Source: Pelagomonas calceolata
Lineage: Eukaryota
Direction: 5' to 3'
NCBI GenBank assembly: GCA_918797485.1
Contig: CAKKNE010000001.1
Span: forward strand, 992,001 to 1,056,000
Length of the DNA: 64,000 nt
In this document: one piece after another, positions 41,257-50,871 of the stretch
How the letters are laid out: each line of letters begins with the position of its first letter
How positions within the stretch are numbered: the first letter of the stretch is position 1
Position numbers and translations under genes: made by a program
Notes under the pieces: model-generated
Seen by the model: only the letters and a program-made list of their open reading frames with translations
Database searches by the model: none
Told to the model about the DNA's origin: nothing

Positions 41257-42748
41257 ATGGACATCCGCCCCGGCCAGAGCCCCGGCTCCATCTTCGGCAA
41301 CGCCGAGAACAATCCCTTAGTCCAGTCGTTCGACGAGGAGTCCCCGGACAGCGTCCTGAACCCCGACGGCTCCGTCGGCTACCTAGCAGCAAGGCTGTCG
41401 AAGGAGCGCGGCGCGACTGCCGAGCGTTTAAAGACACTCACAGCCATGGAGCAGCGCGGAGATATCGATAGCAAGGAAAAAGGAGATCTCAAGGACGCTT
41501 TGTTAGCACAAAAGTCCGACCTCGAGACGGCGCTCGACCGAGTAGCTAATAGAGAAGCGCCCTTCCCGACGGCGCGGTCGCCGCCCGCGGCTCGTTCGTT
41601 AGAACATGAGCTCCAACATATGATGTCATTGGACGACGTCGCCTCGACGTCCTTCGGCGGGCGGAACCAGACGCTCGCCTCGCCTCGAGGGGCCTCACTC
41701 TTGGATAATATGCGCCAGCCCGTCTCCGGCTACTCGTTCCACGACGAAAGCGTCGCGCAAGCCGCGGCCATCGCCGCGGCGGAGATGCGATCGTCGGGCG
41801 GCAACCTCATGGGCTCCTACGACGGCGCGTCGTCCTTTTTGGGCGCGCGCAACAGCTTCCAGGGGCGACACTCGCCGCCGTTCGGCGGTGGAGGCGTACC
41901 GAGGCGCCTCTCCGCGCCGGGCGCACGGGCGCACCGCCCGTCGCCGCCGGCCGAGTTCGCGCCGTTCGCGGCTCTAATAGACCAGGCTGATGATATGCCT
42001 GGGTTCGAGTTCGAGATGGAGAATAGCCTGGGCACGACGCCGACGCCGAACGTGGGCTCGCCGATCCGGCCGCGCGCCGAGGTGCAGCGCTTGAGAAGGC
42101 AGGGGTCCATCGCCGACCGAGCGCGGGCCGCGGCGCCTAGGCCTGCGCCTGCTCCTCGACCGCCACCGGCGCCGCCGGTCACGTCTCCTGGGAAGCATAG
42201 AGGCTGCTCGACGACGATCGACCTGAAGGACTTGCCGCCTTTAGATAGCTTTCCTACCCAAGAAGCGCCGTCCTACGACTCCGTGAGCAACGGTGTGGAA
42301 ATCAACCCGTGTGTCGGGTGCACTCGGCGATGACGTGGCCGCGCTGGCGTCGCGTCGATGGCGTGGAGGTCGACGCGACGAACGCGCCGTAAATTTGATT
42401 TCCGCACAGGTGATCAACTTCAACCGCACGAAGGGCCGCGGCGCGCCGCACAGCTGTGTGATGTGCGGGAAGCGCGGCCGGCCTCCCACGAAAGGCAAGG
42501 ACCCGCCGGCCGACGACGACCGCGTCGTCATCCCGACGCAGAACAAGGACGTCTGCAAGGTCTGCGACACGGTGACCTGGAAGCACAACCCCACGGGCGC
42601 CTACTTCAAGTGGTGCAAGGGCTGCAAGCGCTTCCACGAGATCCACGCCTTCGCGGGCAAGCTCAAGGCCTCGAAGTGCGACGACTCGCGCGCCCGCGGC
42701 CGCGCGGGCTACATGCGCCGCAAGGAGGACGGCGAGAACGCGTCCTAG
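41257..42748 (+). CDS. Protein with C-terminal SBP-like Cys/His zinc-binding domain; exons 41257-42282, 42410-42748
   Basis: CVMCG...VCKVC...KWCKGCKRFHEIHAF...KASKC...RRK; splicing gives YDS-VINFNR. Confidence 0.78.
42291..42409 (+). mobile_element. Introner family A copy (intron 42283-42409, GT-AG)
   Basis: TSD GTGAGCAA/GTGATCAA; TIRs CGGTGTGGAAATCAA...TTGATTTCCGCACAG. Confidence 0.92.
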
Positions 42749-42910
42749 TCCTCTGGCCTCCCCCCTGACATTTAGAAGAATAATGCTGCTTATTATTGGT
42801 ATCCTTTTCTTTTTGGCGCGTCGGCGGCGGCGGCGTCTGGACGTCTGGGAACTTGTCTGGGAAGTCGTCTAAGTCGTCTGGGATTACGAAACGAAACACA
42901 GACAACGTAT

Positions 42911-44695
42911 TTACGCGTAGCAAAGAGGTTTGATTGCTTCGTGCCAGTCCCAGAGCATCGGGCGCTCCATCAAACCCTCGTCGTTTGCACGTGAGTTGTA
43001 ATTGTGCTTCAGGACCTCTAGATCTTCGCGCCCCGCCAGCCGCGCGCACTCTCTGAGGTCGTCGCCGATGGCATGCGCATACAGGGCGTTTTCCGGATAA
43101 GTACCATACGGCGCGATCCGCAGGTTCCGAGGCAGCGCTGACATGATGCGTTTGAGGTCCCAAGTTTCCGTCGGTTCATCCGCCTGGTCCCCCCATTCAG
43201 TCAGCTCGAGCGTCTCGAGGTGCGTCGCGGCCGCGGCCGCCTCGAGATGGCATATACCCTCCTCCGCCTGAGGGGTAGTGTGCGTGCAGCTATAGTGTCG
43301 GAGATTTGGAGCGGCGTCTATCCACGCCGAAAATGTGGCGGCAGTACAGTCGCTGTCAAAGATCAAGCCGGTGTGGATGTGTGTGAGCGCGTACGTGCGC
43401 CCCGGCGTTGGCATAGGCATGAAGTCAGCGCAGCCGAACGCCCAAAATATGCGCAGTTCCGCGCAGCGCTCGAGTACACGAGCGAAGGGTTCTCGTTCCT
43501 CCGCGCTACCGTCCCCGATACTGGATCCGTCGACCCGCAGCGCCCGCAGATCCCGGCAGTGCTCGCTCACGAGCCCCAGCAGTTCGAGAACGACCGCTTT
43601 CGAATATAGGGGAGACTTTTCCCCATTGTCACCCTGCCACTCAATGCGTAGGACACGGAGCCGCGAGACGCCGACGGCGCTGACACCGGCCACGTATGTT
43701 CGTGTCAACGCGTATCCCCCCTCGTCTTTTTCGGGTGGTGTTCGATCGACATACGCGAGCGCGACGACGCCGCGCCGGGCGTCCGGGCGCAGACGGACCG
43801 GTGCTTCGTTCCAGAAATCAATACAGAAATAGAAGTCCTGCAGGTCGAGGTAGGAGACCGGGGCCAACGCGTACGCAGCAATGCGCCGCAATACAATATG
43901 GTTGCCGGCGATCCACTTAATCACCTGTGTGGAAATCAAATTTTACGGCGCGTTCGTGCTGAATCATCGCGTCGTCCTCCACAGTATCGACACGACGCCT
44001 GCTCGATGGCGTGGCGATGCCGGTTCCTCGCCGCTCGACCGAGCCATGACGGCCGCCTCATTGCCGAGAAATGACTTAGTGAAGAATTGTCGGGTGCACC
44101 CGACGCACTGGTTGATTTCCACACAGTTAATCACGCTGCCTTTCCCGAGGCGGCGCTGGCGGCCCATGAGCAGCGCGTACAGCTCCGCGCGCGACTCGAA
44201 CCATCGATCGTTGTACGTCACCGCCGCGTCCCAGAGATGCCGCAGCGGTCGCGGAAGTGGGAAGAGATCTCCTCTGCGCACGTTTCGGGTCTTACTCTCG
44301 CCGTCGCACCGCACCCTCCACCAGCCATGATCTGGATGGTTCGCCGGGAGTGTGACGACGCCGGTGGTGTGTGCGCCCCCGCCTATTGCGATCCGGACTT
44401 TGTCTCCCTCGACCCATTCGTGCTTTCGGGTCCCGCCTACGACCGACGAAATCTTCCAACTGTCTCCTGAGGCCGACTCCTTCTTCGATTCGGGGAGCCG
44501 CTGGACGCTTCGCTCCGCCGCCAACACGCTCCCGCAGGGCTCGAACACGCTAGGTCGCGGCGAGCGGAGCGCGCAGTAGTCCATGACATTCTCGCGCTCG
44601 GCTGGGCCGAGATGACGGATGATCCTGAGATCCCAGTGCTTTGGTCGCTCCCATGGCGTCGTCGACGACTCCGACGGCGTCGCTTTGGTCCGCAT
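42911..44695 (-). CDS. Hypothetical protein with LRR/RNI-like C-terminal half; exons 44695-44135, 43924-42911
   Basis: Splicing joins GKGS-VIKWIAG in frame; CRDLRALRV, CAELRIF, APNLRHY and HLETLEL are LRR-like. Confidence 0.7.
43925..44126 (-). mobile_element. Introner family A copy, 202-bp long form (intron 43925-44134, GT-AG)
   Basis: Perfect 15-bp TIR CTGTGTGGAAATCAA and perfect TSD TTAATCAC (43917-43924, 44127-44134). Confidence 0.95.
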
Positions 44696-44867
44696 CCTGT
44701 TACGATGCGTACCCAGGTAGGTAGGGCAGCCTTCCTGTGAGGCGCTTGGGCAGCCTGCACTGCAGCTGCAGCTGTTCGTTGCGATGAGTGGGGCTGCCTG
44801 CTTCTCCTGTCGAGCGCTTGGGCTGCCTGCACTGCGCTCTGAGGCTCCGAGAGCGCCCTGCCATTTT

Positions 44868-44892
44868 GCTAGTGTCTTACATGCCGCTAGCT
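44868..44892 (+). promoter_or_regulatory. Upstream double-CTAG motif copy (GCTAGTGTCTTACATGCCGCTAGCT)
   Basis: Between divergent starts 44695(-) and 44983(+). Confidence 0.65.
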
Positions 44893-44982
44893 CCGGCTGG
44901 AGCCCGGATTCGCCTGCGTGTCTCCGCGCCTCGCAGCATAGGTGTCAATCCTGCCAGTACGACGTCGCCTGTTACTCACAGG

Positions 44983-45504
44983 ATGGCTCTCATGAGGTGT
45001 TCTTTGCTGTGCACGCTGGCCGCGGCCCTCATTCCCCAACACAGGGTTATGCAGCAGCGGCACCGCGTCATGCGCATGGCCGTGGAGAGCGCCGAGTTCA
45101 CCCTCAAAGGAGAGACCGTGGCCACCGCGTTCTTCGCGAACCAGTGCCGGCGGGAGATGACACAATTTCGTGGCTTGGCTGGATCGATTGTGCCAGGAAA
45201 GGAAGCGAAGACGGTTGTTGTCGTCGCCGAGGGCGAGCGCAAGAAGCTCGAGTCCTTCGTCGGGTGGTGCCAGCGGGGCCCGCCGGATCTCGCCTTGGAG
45301 GGCGGCAAGCCCCAAATTGTGGGCGATGTCGCGTACGGCGCGGCGCGCAACATGCAGGGCTTCGCCTGCGACGACAGCCTGTGCGACGTCGACATGGTCG
45401 AGGCGGCGGCCGCCGAGGGGCCGGCGCGCGCGCTCTTGGAGAGAGACGACGATGAGATCACCGAGGAGGACCTCATCGCGGGGCTCATCGACGAGCTCTC
45501 CTAG
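44983..45504 (+). CDS. Acylphosphatase-like protein, probably plastid-targeted
   Basis: VVVVAEGERKKLESFVGWCQRGPP; bipartite-like leader; catalytic loop degenerate. Confidence 0.65.
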   Translation: MALMRCSLLCTLAAALIPQHRVMQQRHRVMRMAVESAEFTLKGETVATAFFANQCRREMTQFRGLAGSIVPGKEAKTVVVVAEGERKKLESFVGWCQRGPPDLALEGGKPQIVGDVAYGAARNMQGFACDDSLCDVDMVEAAAAEGPARALLERDDDEITEEDLIAGLIDELS

Positions 45505-45541
45505 GCATTTCCGGTAATATCGTTCACAATACATTTACTCT

Positions 45542-48500
45542 CTAGTATAATGGCGGCGCGTCGCCATAGGCCTTCTTCCTCAGTTCTCCAAGCTTCTTCT
45601 CGTGGGCGAGGGCCTCGTCCTTCTTGGCCTTGACGCCGGCGAGGTACTGTTCCAACCAAGCGACCTCATCAAAATCCTCCATGTTCTTCCACGCCAAGTC
45701 TTTGGCCTTTTCCTTGGCCTCGTCTTCCGCCTCCCGTTCCAGATCGGTCAACTTTTTGCGGCGCATGCGCTCCATGCGCTCCTCGCGGCCACTCCGTTGG
45801 AGCCCGCGGCTCCGCTTCGGCTTGGACAGGTGCATGCGCACGCGCTTCACCAGAGCCTCACGAATCTTCTCGGGGTAGCCCAGTTTGTCCGCCCCGGCCA
45901 TCGACCGATCACCCTTCTCTTTGAGGAACTCCTTGAGCCTATCAATATTCCACTCCTCCGGCGGGTCGGACTCCAGCTTTTCTTTTTCCTCGAACTCGTT
46001 CATCAAGGCTAACTCCTCGGCCTCGGCCTCGGCCCGTTCCGCGCGCTGCCGCTCCTTTTCAAGCCGATCCCTCTCGCCCTGCGCCTGGGCCAGCAGCGCG
46101 AAGCCCTCCGCCGTCAGCGCGTCGAGGCGGTCGGAACGGTCGGGCGACGTCGCATCCACATAGACGCGGCGAGAAACCGTCGGAGAGGGAAAGCCGTTCC
46201 GCGGGCACGAGTCCATGCGGTCCTTCCTCAAATCCTTCTCGTCCGCCGTGAGTGGCGGCCTCTGGTCGATGTCGCCGCGCCACGCCGTCCTCAATAAATT
46301 ATTCGCTCGTCTACTATCGGCGTTCTGCCGCCGAATCCGCCGCCGCTGCCGCCGCTCCTCCCGCGCCACGGCCTTGCGACGCGCCACCTCTCGAGGATCG
46401 GACTGCAGTCGAATCCAATCCAGCCGCGCGGCCTTGGCTCTCTTGGCCAGATTGTTCCCCTTGAACGTGCCTCGACTCTTCAGCTCCTCCTTGTCGAAGT
46501 AGTTCTCGAGCCACGTCAGCCACGCGCCCCGTAAACCTTCCCGGATGAAGCTCTCGAAGCGCTTCTTGACGCGATCCTTCGCCCGGTACTGCCTTTCTTC
46601 GATCATCAGCAGCCGCGCCGCCTCCTTCTCTCGGATGCGCCGGTCGCGATCGGCCACAGCTAGGTTGTACCTATTCCGTCGCCGAATGCGCTTCTCCTTC
46701 TTGGCTTGTAAACGAGCCTCCTCCTCAGCCCTTAATTTAGCAGTCTCATTTATGAGATCGTCCCAGTGCTTATTCAAAGCCATTGTCTTTGCCGTGACGT
46801 TTCTATATTCCCCAAAAACCGGTGCGGCTTCGGGATCAGCACCCTTAGCTAACAACACTTTAGCAGCCTTGAGCTTGCCGGCCTGGCAGGCGTTCCAGAG
46901 CGGCGTCGCGCCCGTCGTCCAGTCTTGCGGGTCCACACTATCGCAGGACGGTCTTTCGAGCAACCATTTACACACTCGCTCGTGGCCCCGCAACGCCGCG
47001 ACGTGTAATGCGGTTTCACCTAGATCGTTCCGCTTCCACAACGCGTCTCGCTCCTTCTTGAGCGCGAGGTCCTTGGCCTCGCGCTTCTTCGTCGCCTCTT
47101 CTTCATCATAATCGGGGTCGTCTGCGCGGGGGCGTCGCGTCGATGGCGTCGGGCGCCACACGTACGCCCTCGCGCGTCGCGGCGATGGCGTGGCGGGGCC
47201 CGGCGTTCGCGTCGGATGGCGTACAGGTGCTACGTCGTTGCATCGATGGCGTAAGGTGGTGTAGAGCCAGATCTGGCGTAGTCTATCCCACCACGCCATA
47301 GCCGCGACACGCCATCGATGCGAGAGTCAGGGCGTACGGCGTCGCGTCGATGGCGTCGACACATCGAAGGCAAAAGAAGACGCGGCACCGCACCGGGGTC
47401 GAGCTCCTCCTCGTCGTCGTCCTTCTTCGCCGAAGACACTTTTTTCGCGATCATCGCGAGGTTGCCCGCGGCGGCCGCGTCGAAAATGTCCATATTTGCG
47501 CTTAATTTAGCGACGGCCCGCGCCGCACGAACGGCCCGCATCATCCGGAAGATGCGCATCGCGCGCATGATCCTCCCCGACTTCGCGAAATCACTGATGG
47601 GCTTCATCCAGGGGTACTTTTCCTCGACTCCCGCCAATGCTAGAGTTATGAGTAACACTATGAGATCAATGGCCACCAGAGAAAAGTCCAAAATGCAGAA
47701 CGGGTCCGTGAAGAACTGGAAGTAGCTCCGACAGATCGAGAACTGCCTCAACCGCAGAAAGATCTCGACGCAGAAGATCGCTAGGACCACGTTCCCGAAG
47801 ACCTGCACCGAACAGCCCGGCGTCATGGCCCATTGATCGGTCGCCTGGGGCGCTCCACTATTGCGAGGCGACGCGTCGAGCATCTTCGTGATTGGTAAGT
47901 CTGAAGCGAGGTTGTAGTAGTTACCACTTGTACCGTAGAAAGGTGGGCCACCGGTACAAAACAAGTAGGGCGGGTCGCCGTACTTGTCGTAGCCCTTCCA
48001 TATGGAGATTAATGTAGGCACGGGCGTCGGCGGACTTGTGGAGGACCCCCCGCCGCAGGCGCAGCACTGGACATTCGCCGAAAAATCGTCGTCGTCGAAC
48101 TCGCCGCACCTCGTCGGATTCTTCACGTACCACGCGCAGTCTCCTCTGAAACTATCCAGAGTTGTTAAGTCGTCGTAACAGACGTCTTGCAAGGAACGTG
48201 AGGTGGTCGCGGCGATGGCGTCTTCGTCCGAGAGCCTCCGCACGACCGGTTCCTCAGCCGCACCTTCGTTCTTGTAGGCCGTCTTCCAATCACTAGTCAT
48301 ATTGAAGCACTGGTAACAAAACTTCCCCACATATCCTTTCTCAAAAATTTCCTCTGGTGACGGGTCACGAATAGGCGTATCCAACACTTTACCGTGGCCC
48401 TTGCCGGTCCCACAGGTCCCGGGCTCGAGAAAACCGTCGAACTCGTCGCAACACGCGCCATCCCCGTTGTAGTCCCAGCCTTTTAGGGCATTACCTCCGG

Positions 48501-49638
48501 CATCGACAGGACCGTCTCCTTCGCGCTCGATCATGGGGCAGTTTCCGGCCAATATGGGCGCGCCTTGGGGATAAGTAGCTAAAGCTGTTACCGCTAAATC
48601 GGCAAAGGTCAGGGCTAAAATAACAACAAGAACGACATTCGACTCCTGGATGGCTAGTATTCTGCCATCTCTGTCAAATTCTCGGAGGTCTTCCGGGACC
48701 TCGACCAGCCCACCGAGCAATCTCCAGTCCCGCTCATCCTCCGGCACGACCGCGAGCATGCCAAAGCAACACGTCGCCTCGCCCTCCTCCACAATCTCCT
48801 CGTCGGACGATTCGGAGTCACTTGGCAATATCAGCGGCTCGTCGTCTTCGACGAGTTTCTCGGAAACGCACGCATAGAGCCACAGACCCGCGATGCACAA
48901 AGCTGCTTTCTCCTTGCTGTCCTTCGCTCTTTCTAGGGCCTCCTGGACGGACTCGGCCAAGGATCTCCGAGAGGCTTGTGATTCGTACGTTTCTTCATCA
49001 TCTTCGATCGACGGCGCGGGCGCAGGCGCCGTCGACGCGTTGCTGTACTCGTCCCATAATACGATGTCCGTGCCGGGCGCGGGCGCGGGCGCCGGTCCTG
49101 GTGCAGGCGCCGGGCCGCACGCTTCGACGTCGTACATGCCGGGTACAGGCGCCTCGGCGACGGGCGGCGCGGGCCCAGGGGCGCCCGGGAAGCGCCACGC
49201 GATAGCGCCGCGAAGTCTCCCGAAGCGCGTCGGCGACGGCGACCGGCCCACCGGCGACGGCGCGCCGGAGCTCGGCGGCGACGGGACCGCGTCGAGCGTC
49301 GGTGACGACGACTGGCCCACGGGCGACGGTGAGCTCGGCGGCGCTGGCCCGGGCGCGGCGCCCGGCGCGCGGCGCCGCGCGAACCGGGCCGCGAGGCCCG
49401 CTGGTCTCAAGCTCCCGAAGCGCGTGGGCGACGACCCGCCGGAACTTGGCGGCGACGCCTCGCCGGGCGCCGGCGGCGCCGGCGCCGGATGCACGCGCGC
49501 GGCCGGCGCCGGATGCACGCGCGCGGCCGGCGCCGGCCGCGGCAGGCTCGATGCTATCCGGCCCGCCGCGTCCAGGCTCCGGAGGCCGGCGGACCGCAGG
49601 GGCGACGGGCGCCCCTGGCCGGGGCTGCCCTCAGGCAT
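45542..49638 (-). CDS. Voltage-sensor-domain (S1-S4) plus ankyrin-repeat protein, ~1274 aa; exons 49638-47394, 47121-45542
   Basis: S2 IFCVEIFLRL, S3 PFCILDFSLVAIDL, S4 RIMRAMRIFRMMRAVRAAR; ankyrins GETALHVAALRGH and GATPLWNACQAGK. The GT-AG intron joins ELDP-DDPDY in frame. Confidence 0.8.
47122..47393 (-). repeat. GT-AG intron made of about 6 copies of the (T/G)CGATGGCGT core
   Basis: Core copies near 47140, 47182, 47213, 47244, 47347 and inverted near 47309; GTGCGG donor, CGCGCAG acceptor. Confidence 0.78.
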
Positions 49639-49889
49639 ACTGTTAGCTTCTATGCGAGCGGGGCTGCGTGAGCTGGTCCGGCGGCATCGTCGGTCAGACG
49701 CGTGATGCCTTTTGTGCGTCGACAGTGCGCCATCGCTCTCCCACCACGCGGGAGGCAGCCCACAATTGCCGCTGTCTAGCGCTCTCCCGCCGCTTCGCGA
49801 TCCCGGCGGTTGCAATCTTGGAGCTCGCGGAGGGCTCCATGCGTGTTGCTGATTGAGGAGAGGTATCTCTTGGAAAACGAAGCTTGCTT

Positions 49890-49910
49890 GCTAGTGTCTT
49901 ACCGCTAGCT
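49890..49910 (+). promoter_or_regulatory. Upstream double-CTAG motif copy, shortened (GCTAGTGTCTTACCGCTAGCT)
   Basis: Between divergent starts 49638(-) and 49963(+). Confidence 0.6.
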
Positions 49911-49962
49911 CTGCGTGAGAGCCGAGGAGCTCTCGGCACCTATACGAGCTCGCAACTTAGTT

Positions 49963-50865
49963 ATGATGCGTGTCGTGATCGCTGCATTGCAATGCGCAAC
50001 CGTCTGCACGCTGGAGCTGCCGCTGCAGCGGCGCCGGATGCTGCAGAGCTTGGCCGTCGGCGCCGCCGCGGCAGCAGCGCCGGCACATGCGGGCGCCGTC
50101 GTCTCCGACGAGGTCAGCGTCACATTTAAAGAAGCATCACTCGGCATGCAGCTCGACGGTCTCGCGTACCAGAAGACGACGCTGGGCTCGATGCCGTCGC
50201 TGCGCTGCGTCGTGACTGCGGTCGCGCCGGGCTCCGAAGCGGCCAAGCTCGGTGTGAGCGACGACTGGACCGTCGTCTCCGTGAATGGCGCAAATGTGGA
50301 GAGCCTGGGCGCGCAGGAGGTCGCGTCGAAAATTGCGGAGGCCCCGCGGCCGCTGTCCGTCGTTTTTCGAGACGCGGAACGCTTTACCAACGCTTTAGAA
50401 CCGGGTTCTGGCGCTCGCATGGCGAGAACGACCGTACTACCACCAACCGGGCCGTACACCGAGGCCCAAGTGTTGGAAGTCGAAAGGTTACAGTCACCAC
50501 CCCAGTGTTCGATCGGGGCCGAACGGGGCGACCTGCTGGAGGTGCGCTACGAAGGTAGACTCAGGCAGGACAACAAGCTTTTTGATGGCAGCGCGATCAC
50601 GTTTGCCGATGGACGCGCCGTGCCTGGGAGGGGGGGTGACGCGTCGTTGTACTTCGTGCTCGGGAAACAGCCGGTGGGCCAGTTCCCGCCGGCCTGGGAC
50701 GCGGCCATGGCCGGCTGCTGCGTCGGCGAGGTGCGGCGTTTGGCGGTACCGCCCGTGCTAGGGTTCGGGGAGAAAGGGGCGCCCAAAAGAGGCGTCCCGC
50801 CCTACGCGCCGCTGGACTACACGATCCAGCTCCTCGGCATCAACGGGAACAACCAGCCGCGATAA
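49963..50865 (+). CDS. PDZ plus FKBP-type PPIase, probably thylakoid lumen
   Basis: Signal plus RR...AHA peptide; VAPGSEAA..GV...VVSVNG PDZ; GDLLEVRYEGRL...FD, GEVRRLAVPP.LGFG FKBP. Confidence 0.85.
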   Translation: MMRVVIAALQCATVCTLELPLQRRRMLQSLAVGAAAAAAPAHAGAVVSDEVSVTFKEASLGMQLDGLAYQKTTLGSMPSLRCVVTAVAPGSEAAKLGVSDDWTVVSVNGANVESLGAQEVASKIAEAPRPLSVVFRDAERFTNALEPGSGARMARTTVLPPTGPYTEAQVLEVERLQSPPQCSIGAERGDLLEVRYEGRLRQDNKLFDGSAITFADGRAVPGRGGDASLYFVLGKQPVGQFPPAWDAAMAGCCVGEVRRLAVPPVLGFGEKGAPKRGVPPYAPLDYTIQLLGINGNNQPR

Positions 50866-50871
50866 CATTAA

